This document shows, one piece after another, positions 14,906 to 23,327 of a DNA stretch of 31,938 nt. The notes under the pieces are model-generated. The model was not told the origin of the DNA and made no database searches. It saw only the letters and a list, made by a program, of their open reading frames with translations. A program made the position numbers and the translations under genes. Source of the stretch: a virus (taxonomy: Duplodnaviria; Caudoviricetes); the IMG/VR virus record IMGVR_UViG_3300043467_000990, positions 1-31,938 of that record, one strand, 5' to 3'. Position 1 is the stretch's first letter. Every line of letters starts with the position of its first letter.

Positions 14906-15104
14906 TTGTGAGTCGTGTTAAGTACCAATTTGCTTTTTTTAAATCTTCAAGACGATTCTTCTTCTCAAATCTCCACACATATTTCAAGACATTCCCTTTG
15001 AGATATCCGTAAAACGCTTCTTGAGTCATAGACGCTTTGATTGCTTCTATTGCTTCGACATCTCCTGTCTTGTAGTGGTTCGGGTTTATCGCATCTTTTT
15101 CCAT
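14871..15104 (-). CDS. DUF3310 family protein
   Basis: INPNHYK...EAIEAI...GYLKGNVLKYVWR...EDLKKANWYL. Confidence 0.88.
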   Translation of the reverse strand: MEKDAINPNHYKTGDVEAIEAIKASMTQEAFYGYLKGNVLKYVWRFEKKNRLEDLKKANWYLTRLTNEYQANSVQGL

Positions 15105-15319
15105 CGTGACGCAAAAGTATAAAAGTCTTCGTCAATAATCAACGAGTGACCGCCAGTTAAAAAGAGTTGAGTGTGTTCGTGATACGCGCTTATTGCTACG
15201 ACTTGACGCAAGTCGACGAGACCTTCTTCGAGATACTCTATGATTTCAGGGTCTACGCCCATCTCTAGAAACGCGTTGTCGTTTCTTTCTTCGTGAACTA
15301 TTAAGACATCAACTATCAT
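15086..15319 (-). CDS. Hypothetical protein
   Basis: 77-aa coupled ORF. Confidence 0.7.
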   Translation of the reverse strand: MIVDVLIVHEERNDNAFLEMGVDPEIIEYLEEGLVDLRQVVAISAYHEHTQLFLTGGHSLIIDEDFYTFASRWKKMR

Positions 15320-16155
15320 AGCGTTTTGTGAGTATAAGCGTGAATTTGTCGTGTTTCGTTTTTACCTCGATAGGGTTTTAATATCAACCAACGACCTCCG
15401 ATAGGCTTTGGTGATGCGCCTCGCTCGATATGCCAACCTTTTGAGCCGTCACCATACTCTTCTTTGTACGCGCTTGTGCGAATCATTAAGATATCACGTT
15501 GTAGTACCGTATCTTGATTCGAGAGAAACTCGACGGTGTATGTCATCTCGTAGTCTTCGTGAACGTGGCCCATCCAAATTGCGTCAGCGCCCTCGACATT
15601 GACACTCATTCTGTTATGTTGAATTGTACCTCGTGTCACAGCGCCACCGCCACCGAAGCCGTGCATATACTTGATATTGAATGACTTACTATTCACCGCA
15701 TCTGCAAAGTGTATGCGAACCCAACCACCATAACCACCGACTTGCACATTCGATTGACATTTGTAGTTCAAAAGAGTGACAAAGCGTTCTATGATGTCTG
15801 TCTCTTGACGCTTCAAGATCGCGGTTTCGTGGTTCCCGTACCCTATAAACTTGATCAAATGTGCGTAAGGTGCAAACCAATCAACAGCCGTGTTGATAAT
15901 AGCGTCGAAGTAGTTCGAGACGTTGTGTTCTTCACGAATATCGCTCTTTGATTTGCGCGGATCGTAGGCGCCTTGCATCAAACAAAACAAATCGCCGTTG
16001 ATGAGAACGTCGTGATTTCCTTTGAGTGCTTCGTCAAGATGCTTCTTGAGTAAGTCTCTGTCACATTTTGGATTGTCCCAATGTAAGTCAGAGATGAGAA
16101 GTACTTTCGTTTCTTCCCAATTTTTTTCAATACGTACGACGTTATTTTTTTTCAT
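15316..16155 (-). CDS. Calcineurin-like metallophosphoesterase
   Basis: SDLH, NGD, GNHE, MHG, MGHVH motifs. Confidence 0.9.
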   Translation of the reverse strand: MKKNNVVRIEKNWEETKVLLISDLHWDNPKCDRDLLKKHLDEALKGNHDVLINGDLFCLMQGAYDPRKSKSDIREEHNVSNYFDAIINTAVDWFAPYAHLIKFIGYGNHETAILKRQETDIIERFVTLLNYKCQSNVQVGGYGGWVRIHFADAVNSKSFNIKYMHGFGGGGAVTRGTIQHNRMSVNVEGADAIWMGHVHEDYEMTYTVEFLSNQDTVLQRDILMIRTSAYKEEYGDGSKGWHIERGASPKPIGGRWLILKPYRGKNETRQIHAYTHKTL

Positions 16156-16478
16156 AAGATTAGACCAATCACAAAAGCAACAAGAGAGAAGAGTGCGATT
16201 TGCGATTTAAGCGTCTTCTCGTGCGATCTAAGCGAGTTTATTTCGCTTTGCTTAGTTTGTATAGTTCGTGATTGAATTGTGCGAATAGAGTCGAGTTGTG
16301 CGATTTCGATAGAATCTAGTAGAATCAACTTTTTGTAGTCGATCACTTTGCGTCTCGCTTTTGCGCCTTCAACGAGATAGTAGTTCGCTTGTGATAGAGT
16401 CGATGTGTCGATGCAAATTGATTGCGCGTTTGAGTCCGTCGCTAGTACGAGAAAAAGTATCAACATACATCGTGTCAT
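16152..16478 (-). CDS. Secreted/membrane coiled-coil protein, spanin-like
   Basis: Signal-like N-terminus (MTRCMLILFLVLATDSNAQ), coiled coil, C-terminal hydrophobic helix; overlaps the upstream membrane gene; start uncertain (16478 or 16466). Confidence 0.5.
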   Translation of the reverse strand: MTRCMLILFLVLATDSNAQSICIDTSTLSQANYYLVEGAKARRKVIDYKKLILLDSIEIAQLDSIRTIQSRTIQTKQSEINSLRSHEKTLKSQIALFSLVAFVIGLIL

Positions 16479-16674
16479 ACATATAAATAGAATCGCGTAG
16501 AAGTTGTTTCTTGAATCGCACTTTTTCAATAGTGTCTTCATAGTACGAAGTAGTCTCAATGTATAAAGGTTCTCTCTCAATTGGCTCGAAAGTGAAGAAC
16601 GCATACACGACACTAGACAGGTACAACGCAAGCGTCAGCCAAGTAAGGAGTAGAAATTTGGAATTGGATGCCAT
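16369..16674 (-). CDS. N-terminally anchored membrane protein, i-spanin-like
   Basis: MASNSKFLLLTWLTLALYLSSVVYAFF transmembrane helix followed by a periplasmic stretch; start uncertain. Confidence 0.5.
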   Translation of the reverse strand: MASNSKFLLLTWLTLALYLSSVVYAFFTFEPIEREPLYIETTSYYEDTIEKVRFKKQLLRDSIYMYDTMYVDTFSRTSDGLKRAINLHRHIDSITSELLSR

Positions 16675-17056
16675 AACCTGCGACGATGTCGGTTTTTGCG
16701 TCATAAAAAGGCTCTGCCGTGCTACTTACAATCAACTGAAAGTCTTCTAAGTTGTTGTAGTTGTAGTCGATTAGAGACATTACGTCAATGATAATTTGAG
16801 CCGTGTCACTCAACACTTCGATTGTGTTTGACTCGCTCTCAAATACTCTATCAAATACTAAAAGAGCGAAGCGATAGTTGACGTACCTACCATCACGAGT
16901 TGCTAAGTCAAAGCCGTCGGGAACGAGCCACACGAGAGGGTAGAATTTGACCTCGTCGACTGCTAGGTTGTACTCTGCACCTACAGAGAACTTGCCTACC
17001 ATTTTATGACTTTCGACTTGAGTCCTTATTTTTGCTATGATTTGATTTAGGGTCAT
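16613..17056 (-). CDS. Putative tail terminator/head-tail joining protein
   Basis: 147 aa, YPLVWLVP...EVLSDT...EPF...VAG; position after the portal and adaptor. Confidence 0.6.
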   Translation of the reverse strand: MTLNQIIAKIRTQVESHKMVGKFSVGAEYNLAVDEVKFYPLVWLVPDGFDLATRDGRYVNYRFALLVFDRVFESESNTIEVLSDTAQIIIDVMSLIDYNYNNLEDFQLIVSSTAEPFYDAKTDIVAGYGIQFQISTPYLADACVVPV

Positions 17057-17103
17057 TCTTTAAGAATTTGATGAGTTTGGCTTCGTTGTTTTTTTGCCAC
17101 TTG

Positions 17104-17667
17104 TTATCTCTCGTCGGGCGGGAAGTCATAGTTCCAAAAGCATTCGTCATAGTTTGTCGGTAAAAAAATGCCTCCTACAAATGTAGTGCTAGATGGTCGA
17201 ATAGTATCAAACGTAGAACCGGGATTTAAGAACAACGGATACTCGTTCGTGTACTCTCTCAAGTAATCTCTCAAGCGATTCGCGTAGTACTCTGCTTTGT
17301 CGCGATATCTATTCTCTAACAACGTCAACTCGTCTACGCTAATTGCACGAGCGTTGTCACTCTCTCTGCTTGCTACGCTCTTATTCATCAATTTGAACGT
17401 CATTGGAAGCATTGCTTCGCACAAAGTATAGTACTTCAAGCAAGGCGCAATATATGAGTCTAGAAGCGTTGTATTGAGTTGCGTCAAATTGCCTGCAAAC
17501 GCTTGAGTTTGTAGTTCGTTATAGATGCCACTGCCAATGATGTCGCGAATGTATATCTCTTGACTCTCTTTTATTGCTGTTTTTAAGAGTTTGTCGTCGA
17601 CATTCTCGTTGATCGGCGTATTGTCTTTCAAATACGTTGTCGAAACGAAGTATACAAAGTTTGTCAT
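17104..17667 (-). CDS. Putative head-tail adaptor
   Basis: 187 aa, mostly helical, directly downstream of the portal with an ATGA overlap. Confidence 0.6.
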   Translation of the reverse strand: MTNFVYFVSTTYLKDNTPINENVDDKLLKTAIKESQEIYIRDIIGSGIYNELQTQAFAGNLTQLNTTLLDSYIAPCLKYYTLCEAMLPMTFKLMNKSVASRESDNARAISVDELTLLENRYRDKAEYYANRLRDYLREYTNEYPLFLNPGSTFDTIRPSSTTFVGGIFLPTNYDECFWNYDFPPDER

Positions 17668-19550
17668 TTTCTTCTTCTTACTACTTTAGATGCCCAAATG
17701 TGACGACAAGATGGGCGATGTACTGCTGGTGATGAATCTGGTATTGTATACCACCCACCGCGACGCTTCCATACGTCATATCCTAGAAGCGCACTCATAG
17801 CGTTGATGTCTTCGCGAGAGTATACTCTGTCAACGCGCACAACGCTACGGCAAAACTCACGAGATGTATCGATAATGATACCACCTTTTGTGTTTGGTGC
17901 TTTCTCGTATTTGTAGCGTACTAGTAACTCAGTTTGAATGTCAGCAATTTCTCTCAAGCCGTTATCTGTGATTGTCAAGCCACCTTCTGCAGGTTGAATC
18001 AATCCCGTTTTGTTCAAGTTGTCTATCGCTTTAGACACTTTCAACAAGTCAGCGTCTATGATGTTGACAACTTCACCGATTGTGATACCTGTGTTTTCTT
18101 TGATCGTGTTCAAGATTGCTTTCTCGATGTCACTAGCGAACGTCATTTTGACTTCTTCAAAGAGAGTAGCATCTTCACCGAACTGAGCAAATACTTTCAA
18201 GTCGCGCTCGTCATCCCATCCGAAAGGGTTTGCTTTTGACATTGCGACTGCTTCTGCGCCTGCGATGTTGTCGCCGTTTGCGATTGGTGGCAAGCCTGCA
18301 AGTTGACGCTTCTCGTTGATCGTCATATTTGACAAGACGTTGTTTGCAACAAGAGGACTCAAAGAGTTGATTGCGTCGTTCAAGTTTGATTGAATCTTCA
18401 CGGTAGAAAGTTCTGGTAACCCTAACTCTTTGCGCGCTTCTTCGTTTGATATCAAGTTACGAGTATACAAGTCTAAGTAGTCAAGACCTAGAGGCGGTTT
18501 GTTGATCGTCTCAAGTCTTACAGGCGAGATGAAAGAGAACAAGTACGAGAGTTGCTCATCCATTTTGCCTTGACGAGGCTCGACGTACGCTTGTTGAAAC
18601 ATCTCATACGCTTCTATCAGTTCACTACGACCACCTAGTTGACCTTCTACGCGAACGCCAAACAACATAGGAGAGTTGATTTTGTGACCTACAAATATCT
18701 CTTGTTGTACCGTTTTATTTAAGATGTCAAATTGCTTGTCAAAGTCGCTAGGTTGAATGTTAGATACAATCGACTCTCTCTCGTTAGGATCGTTGTACAT
18801 AAGTATCAAACCACCTGCGTTGTCAGTACCTTGATAAGAGTCTTTGAAGCGACGCTTTGCTTTGCGCGCTTCTTCTGGCGTTGGCACGCCTTTGAACATT
18901 TGTATCAAAGTTTGAGCAGAGAAGCCGTTCTTGATAGAGTTCAAATGCCAATTAGAAACTTCAGTATCAATCTCGATGTACTTCAACGCACCTACGTAAT
19001 CGGGCAAGGGGTAAATACCACCTCCGGGACGATACATTTTGTAGTAGAACAACTGCTTTGACTCACGAGTGTTCTCGTTGAATGGGTTGTAGTGTACAAT
19101 CTCTTCGCGACGATTCGCCCAATCTTCGCTATAATAGTAGCAATCGTCAAGACCTACGCGAACATTCTTAAAAGGTATGTGATAGAGTTCAGCGATTGCT
19201 GTTTTTGAGCGATTCCAAATGACTTCAACTGCAAAGCCATTGAACAACTCTAAGTCGTAAGCGATTTTTTGTTTTACTTCTTCGAAAGACTCGTAAGTGT
19301 TAATCGATTTGAGTTTGGCTTCTGCTTTTGCAACGTCTTGAGTGTTTTCGCCTACGATTGCAGTTCCTACGCCTGCGACGTATGATGCTTTTGCGCTGAC
19401 GATTGCGTTGTGCTTAGGCGATTTAGAGAACAAATCAACCAACAAATCTGGGTACAAGTTGTCGTCACCAAAATTGTAGATGTCTTTCGACTTATTCTCT
19501 TTGAATGTCGGTAGTTTATTCTCGTGAAATTGAAGTCTTTCGAAGTTCAT
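17664..19550 (-). CDS. Portal protein with C-terminal wHTH-like and Cys-containing MuF-like extensions
   Basis: FGDDNLYP, SPKHNAIV, YPLPDY, NSIKNGFS, GTDNAG, HKINSPMLFG; C-terminal SREFC...CRHIW. Confidence 0.85.
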   Translation of the reverse strand: MNFERLQFHENKLPTFKENKSKDIYNFGDDNLYPDLLVDLFSKSPKHNAIVSAKASYVAGVGTAIVGENTQDVAKAEAKLKSINTYESFEEVKQKIAYDLELFNGFAVEVIWNRSKTAIAELYHIPFKNVRVGLDDCYYYSEDWANRREEIVHYNPFNENTRESKQLFYYKMYRPGGGIYPLPDYVGALKYIEIDTEVSNWHLNSIKNGFSAQTLIQMFKGVPTPEEARKAKRRFKDSYQGTDNAGGLILMYNDPNERESIVSNIQPSDFDKQFDILNKTVQQEIFVGHKINSPMLFGVRVEGQLGGRSELIEAYEMFQQAYVEPRQGKMDEQLSYLFSFISPVRLETINKPPLGLDYLDLYTRNLISNEEARKELGLPELSTVKIQSNLNDAINSLSPLVANNVLSNMTINEKRQLAGLPPIANGDNIAGAEAVAMSKANPFGWDDERDLKVFAQFGEDATLFEEVKMTFASDIEKAILNTIKENTGITIGEVVNIIDADLLKVSKAIDNLNKTGLIQPAEGGLTITDNGLREIADIQTELLVRYKYEKAPNTKGGIIIDTSREFCRSVVRVDRVYSREDINAMSALLGYDVWKRRGGWYTIPDSSPAVHRPSCRHIWASKVVRRRK

Positions 19551-19557
19551 TACTAGT

Positions 19558-19583
19558 AAATAGCGTTTATTCTTTTTTGTCTT
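19558..19583 (-). promoter_or_regulatory. Candidate late promoter (portal)
   Basis: AAGAC-N16-TATTT-N7-ATG (AAACGCTATTTA). Confidence 0.6.
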
Positions 19584-19731
19584 TGATAAATAGCATCATA
19601 AAGCCACCACCTAGAAAGACGCTCACTTCACTCAACGTCGTCTTCTCAAAGAATACGAGTACGAATGAAGCAATGATGACGCCAATTCCTAGCGCAGTAG
19701 TTTTCCAATTCTTGAAGATTCTATCTATCAT
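19567..19731 (-). CDS. 54-aa two-transmembrane holin-like protein, missing from the ORF track
   Basis: MIDRIFKNWKTTALGIGVIIASFVLVFFEKTTLSEVSVFLGGGFMMLFIKDKKE. Confidence 0.7.
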   Translation of the reverse strand: MIDRIFKNWKTTALGIGVIIASFVLVFFEKTTLSEVSVFLGGGFMMLFIKDKKE

Positions 19732-19844
19732 CCTTGACCTTTGTACGGCTTCGTACTTTTGTGCTTGTTCTTGTGCTTTGTATGACGACGAAGTTTGTTC
19801 TTCGTTTTTGTCTTAAAATTAGAGACAACGCTAGTCTTTGCCAT
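19728..19844 (-). CDS. 38-aa highly basic peptide, missing from the ORF track
   Basis: MAKTSVVSNFKTKTKNKLRRHTKHKNKHKSTKPYKGQG; overlaps both neighbours. Confidence 0.65.
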   Translation of the reverse strand: MAKTSVVSNFKTKTKNKLRRHTKHKNKHKSTKPYKGQG

Positions 19845-20022
19845 CTAGTTTATCGATTTTTTTTGCGTAGTAACGAATCGCAAACAAACCCGAAACGATA
19901 CCAACGATAGCCAAAATAAGCGAAAAAAGAGGTTGCCAAGTTGTCGCAAAATGCAAGACAGCCGACGAGCAAGAAATACCCGTAGCGATGTTGGCGATAG
20001 TATCATTTTCAAAATGTTTCAT
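19831..20022 (-). CDS. Small holin-like membrane protein
   Basis: Hydrophobic helices and a charged C-terminus. Confidence 0.65.
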   Translation of the reverse strand: MKHFENDTIANIATGISCSSAVLHFATTWQPLFSLILAIVGIVSGLFAIRYYAKKIDKLDGKD

Positions 20023-20025
20023 TAT

Positions 20026-20070
20026 TCAGGTAACAGGTAGCGCATTGGGTTTTACTTTCGGTGTTGTCAT
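20026..20070 (-). pseudogene. 14-codon vestigial ORF at the edge of the tail-fibre cassette
   Basis: MTTPKVKPNALPVT-stop; its ATG overlaps the previous stop (ATGA) as for a real coupled gene. Confidence 0.35.
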
Positions 20071-20309
20071 ATCGGAAATGGTGGGGTTACAACTTCAAAT
20101 TGTGTAGGCGTTCCAAGTATTGGCGTGAGTGATTCATCAAAAACAATGTACCAAAATTGTGGATTATTCAATTCTGCAAACTGATAGTCAACCCAATTCT
20201 GTGTAATATCATCAGGTGCAACGGGGATGCCATAGTAAGCATCGCACAACTCACGGGCTGTGATTGCTTCTTGTTCAGTATTGTATTGGTAGCCGTTAAT
20301 AGATGCCAT
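20067..20309 (-). CDS. Small tail-fibre-associated protein
   Basis: 80-aa acidic ORF coupled to the lectin-like gene. Confidence 0.65.
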   Translation of the reverse strand: MASINGYQYNTEQEAITARELCDAYYGIPVAPDDITQNWVDYQFAELNNPQFWYIVFDESLTPILGTPTQFEVVTPPFPI

Positions 20310-21117
20310 AATAAGTATTTATGTTTGTTCGAATTCCAGTGCGGTTAGAGGATTGATTTGATGAGTAAAGCACGATTTCTTGAAGATTACCATTAGAATA
20401 AGTTCCAGACCTTGCTCCTAGCCTATCGGTGGTAATAGAAACAAATGGAGTTCCTGTATACGAACCTAAAGTAGACGCATTTTGAGTTGCTGAAAAATCT
20501 GATAGTGTATCACCATTTTTTATTACACTAAATAAATTTTGGTTAGTATCGTTTGTATATGGAACACTTACAAATGATGTACCGTTGTTTTCATATAAAT
20601 TACCATCAGACCAAGCACCAGTTAATTGACCATTATTTAATCCCGATGGAATCACTATTGTACCTGTTCCTGTTTTTTTCAATACTACAAAGTTGCTGTA
20701 AATTGATGTTGTAATTGTTGAAGACAAAGAAAATTCATCGTTAGTGCCATCAAATTGTAGTGACGGTTTTCCATTTACATTTATCACACTTCCACTACTA
20801 ACTATTTGCGGTTGATTTGCTGCGGTTGATTGGCTTGCATTATTTGCGTTCCCACTTTGGTCATACCAAGTTGTAACAAATCCATTTGTGCCACTACAAA
20901 AAGAAGTTAATGAGGATTCGTCAAGGTTGCCCAATGCGGTAAATCCAATGTTAAGTACATCGTTATCACTTGACCTCCTCACTTGAATTGCACTACCCGT
21001 ATATGCAGCCCTTAATTTACGAACTGAATAAGCAGCCGCAGCGTTTGGGTAAGTATCTAACAAACCCACAAAGGATTGGATTTGTGATGCGATAATTCCG
21101 TGACTTGCTAAAATCAT
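20296..21117 (-). CDS. ConA/arabinofuranosidase-B-like beta-sandwich virion protein, candidate receptor-binding protein
   Basis: AAAAYSVRKLRAAYTGSAIQVRRSSDN...IGF...VTTWYDQSGN; LQFDGTND; start taken as the ATG at 21117. Confidence 0.7.
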   Translation of the reverse strand: MILASHGIIASQIQSFVGLLDTYPNAAAAYSVRKLRAAYTGSAIQVRRSSDNDVLNIGFTALGNLDESSLTSFCSGTNGFVTTWYDQSGNANNASQSTAANQPQIVSSGSVINVNGKPSLQFDGTNDEFSLSSTITTSIYSNFVVLKKTGTGTIVIPSGLNNGQLTGAWSDGNLYENNGTSFVSVPYTNDTNQNLFSVIKNGDTLSDFSATQNASTLGSYTGTPFVSITTDRLGARSGTYSNGNLQEIVLYSSNQSSNRTGIRTNINTYYGIY

Positions 21118-22259
21118 TACGCTATATCTCCAAATAAATACCACTCATTTTCAGCAATCTTCACCAAAGTTGCACCCGAATACTGGGCGTTCAATTTCAA
21201 CTTTGCCCCGTTGCTTCGGATTGTTACGCCACTTGTTGCAACGATGGTAGTTTGACCTGCCCCGTACTGAGCCAAAAGTATCTGAGTACCCGTTGCAAAT
21301 GCTACTGAACTATTCAAAGGCACTGTCAAGTTGTTTGCACTCCCCACATTCATCTCAACCAATTTGTCCGCATCACTCAAAACCAAAGTATATGAAGCGG
21401 TCTGTCTGTTGGTGGTAATCAGTTTGTTCGTCTTTGCATCAAGTGCCGTTTGTGTGGCTGTTGATACGGGTTTGTTTGCATCCGAAGTATTGTCTACATT
21501 GCCCAAACCTACCGCAGCCTTGTTAAGGGTTGCAAATGTTTTGTCTCCTCTGTAGTAATCTGCTGAAGTTGTGGCGGTTATTGTTGGCTCAACTGCGACA
21601 TTACCACTACCCAAAAGAGAAGTGCTGTTGATGGTCTTAATGTTTGTGCCTGATACCAAAGTATCTTGCTTACTCGTTGCCAAACCCGAATACTGCGAAT
21701 TGGTTGCATTGTCACCCGTATTCGTTCCGCTTGTGTTTCCGATTACCGTAGATTGTGCATCGGTTACATAACGCCTATTCGTTGAATCTGCGATGTCTGC
21801 GGTCGTTGCATCTGCCCCGGCAGTTACCAAACCTTTGGCATCGTAAGTGATCTTCGTTTTGGTTGCACCGGTGATTGATGAATTCTCATCAACTTTGCCA
21901 TCAAGCGCAGTTTGCAAATCGGTTTGGTTTGACAAAGTACCAGTAACACCACCCCAAGCAACTGCCGAACTGATAGAAATGTTTCCGCTTCCTAACAAAC
22001 TTGTGTTGTTGACTGTCTTAATATTTGTTCCGCTTACAAGTGTATCTTGTTTGGCGTTTAGTGCGGATTGAGTTGCACTTGAAACAGGCTTGTTTGCATC
22101 ACTTGTGTTGTCAACATTATTCAACGCCAATGCAGTTTTCAACGCTGATGGTGTGATTTTCTTTGTCTCCGCTGCCGATGTATCAACAATAGGAAACAAA
22201 TCGGATGCGTTGTCTACCGTGACAATGGTCGCTAATTGGGATATCTTTTGGTCTGCCAT
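21117..22259 (-). CDS. Tail fibre protein with internal repeats
   Basis: MADQKISQL N-terminus; NVDNTSDANKPVS.ATQ.AL.AK twice; KQDTLVSGTNIKT.N.TSLLGSGN twice; C-terminal YTLVLSD...EWYLFGD domain. Confidence 0.85.
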   Translation of the reverse strand: MADQKISQLATIVTVDNASDLFPIVDTSAAETKKITPSALKTALALNNVDNTSDANKPVSSATQSALNAKQDTLVSGTNIKTVNNTSLLGSGNISISSAVAWGGVTGTLSNQTDLQTALDGKVDENSSITGATKTKITYDAKGLVTAGADATTADIADSTNRRYVTDAQSTVIGNTSGTNTGDNATNSQYSGLATSKQDTLVSGTNIKTINSTSLLGSGNVAVEPTITATTSADYYRGDKTFATLNKAAVGLGNVDNTSDANKPVSTATQTALDAKTNKLITTNRQTASYTLVLSDADKLVEMNVGSANNLTVPLNSSVAFATGTQILLAQYGAGQTTIVATSGVTIRSNGAKLKLNAQYSGATLVKIAENEWYLFGDIA

Positions 22260-22705
22260 TATAGTATGATTTTATCACCACTTTCTTGAAGAAGGAAGTC
22301 GCCATTTTCAAGCAATAAATATAGTATTTGTGTGGGTTGTTCTATCTCGTAGATTTTTTCATTAAGAGTTACCTCGTATGATGTCCTAGTTACATCAAAT
22401 TGCACTTTGAGAATACCACTTTCTACTTCTTCATCTGCAAGAGTAGGTGACAAATTTGTAGATGATACTTGAGCATATACTACGTATTGAAACTCGCCTG
22501 CATCTAATGTGAAAGAAGAACCTTCTACAACTGCAAATTCATTATATCTTTCTGGATGAATAGAAATATCACTTAATATAGCGACGGTTTGTTTGTTTGT
22601 CGTGCGATGTGTAAAAGCAAACAAGAAATATGGATTTGCGATAGTGACTTTTTCACTTAACGTCAAATACCAATTCTTAGATTGTGCTTTATCAATGACT
22701 AACAT
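22259..22705 (-). CDS. Structural protein with a C-terminal fibre-docking-like motif
   Basis: Ends YLLLENGDFLLQESGDKIIL; start at the ATG at 22705, because the longer ORF runs through a terminator and promoter. Confidence 0.65.
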   Translation of the reverse strand: MLVIDKAQSKNWYLTLSEKVTIANPYFLFAFTHRTTNKQTVAILSDISIHPERYNEFAVVEGSSFTLDAGEFQYVVYAQVSSTNLSPTLADEEVESGILKVQFDVTRTSYEVTLNEKIYEIEQPTQILYLLLENGDFLLQESGDKIIL

Positions 22706-22712
22706 CTTAAAT

Positions 22713-22738
22713 AAATAGCGACTAGATAAATATGTAAC
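22713..22738 (-). promoter_or_regulatory. Candidate late promoter
   Basis: GTTAC-N16-TATTT-N7-ATG (GTCGCTATTTA). Confidence 0.65.
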
Positions 22739-22764
22739 AAAAAAGGGAGAGCGTAAGCCCTCCC
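22739..22764 (-). terminator. Intrinsic terminator after the capsid/tail-tube operon
   Basis: GGGAGGGC-UUAC-GCUCUCCC-UUUUUU. Confidence 0.88.
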
Positions 22765-22809
22765 AATTTTTCAAACTAATATGAAATCAAGAACAATTAC
22801 AAATATACG

Positions 22810-23316
22810 TTAAATTCCTAACGCAGTCACTACACTAGATTGTAGTTTGTAAGGTGCTTCTGCTTCAATTGCTGACAAAGTCACTTCGTAACCATTTGAA
22901 TCACCCATAGCCGTTCCGCTATTTGCAACCATTGCAGTCACATCGCATCCGTATTCGTTACCTACTAACCAATACGCGTCGTTGTTGTCACGTACAATAG
23001 TGTAAGTGCGACCTTGAGCGAGAAGTTTCATCTCGTTGCGTTTGCTAGTAGACAAGCGACGCAATTTGAATGCTACGTCACATTGGTTGAAAGTAGTACC
23101 ATTCTCGACGCTCACGTTTGTAGTGTTAGTCAAAGAACCTGTACCCTTTGGCAATTCATAGTCATAAACATCACCACTTGCGACGGTGGTTGCAGTAACT
23201 TCGCCACTCGCAATAGTGAATTTTGAAGCATTCCACGAGATTAAGTGGATGCTCTTAATACCTCCGATTGCATCCTTACAATCTAGAGCGAAACCTTGAG
23301 TGAGAAGACAGGGCAT
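22810..23316 (-). CDS. Putative major tail tube protein
   Basis: 168 aa, beta-rich; CKDAIGGIKSI, ENGTTF, GTAMGDSNGYEVTL; co-transcribed with the capsid gene. Confidence 0.7.
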   Translation of the reverse strand: MPCLLTQGFALDCKDAIGGIKSIHLISWNASKFTIASGEVTATTVASGDVYDYELPKGTGSLTNTTNVSVENGTTFNQCDVAFKLRRLSTSKRNEMKLLAQGRTYTIVRDNNDAYWLVGNEYGCDVTAMVANSGTAMGDSNGYEVTLSAIEAEAPYKLQSSVVTALGI

Positions 23317-23327
23317 TGTTTATCAGA

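Noticed and set aside
20296-21117. Calling this an active alpha-L-arabinofuranosidase
   Set aside because: Only the N-terminal fold motifs are recognisable and catalytic residues cannot be verified; the context favours a binding domain.
21430-22125. Tail-fibre internal repeats as a DGR template/variable pair or invertible cassette
   Set aside because: The repeats are conserved at protein level with synonymous divergence, and no reverse transcriptase or invertase is encoded.
22706-22774. Longest-ORF starts given in the track (also 2608, 8535, 13585, 16631, 21144, 24890)
   Set aside because: These extensions run through terminators, promoters or upstream genes; downstream ATGs fit coupling and promoter spacing better.
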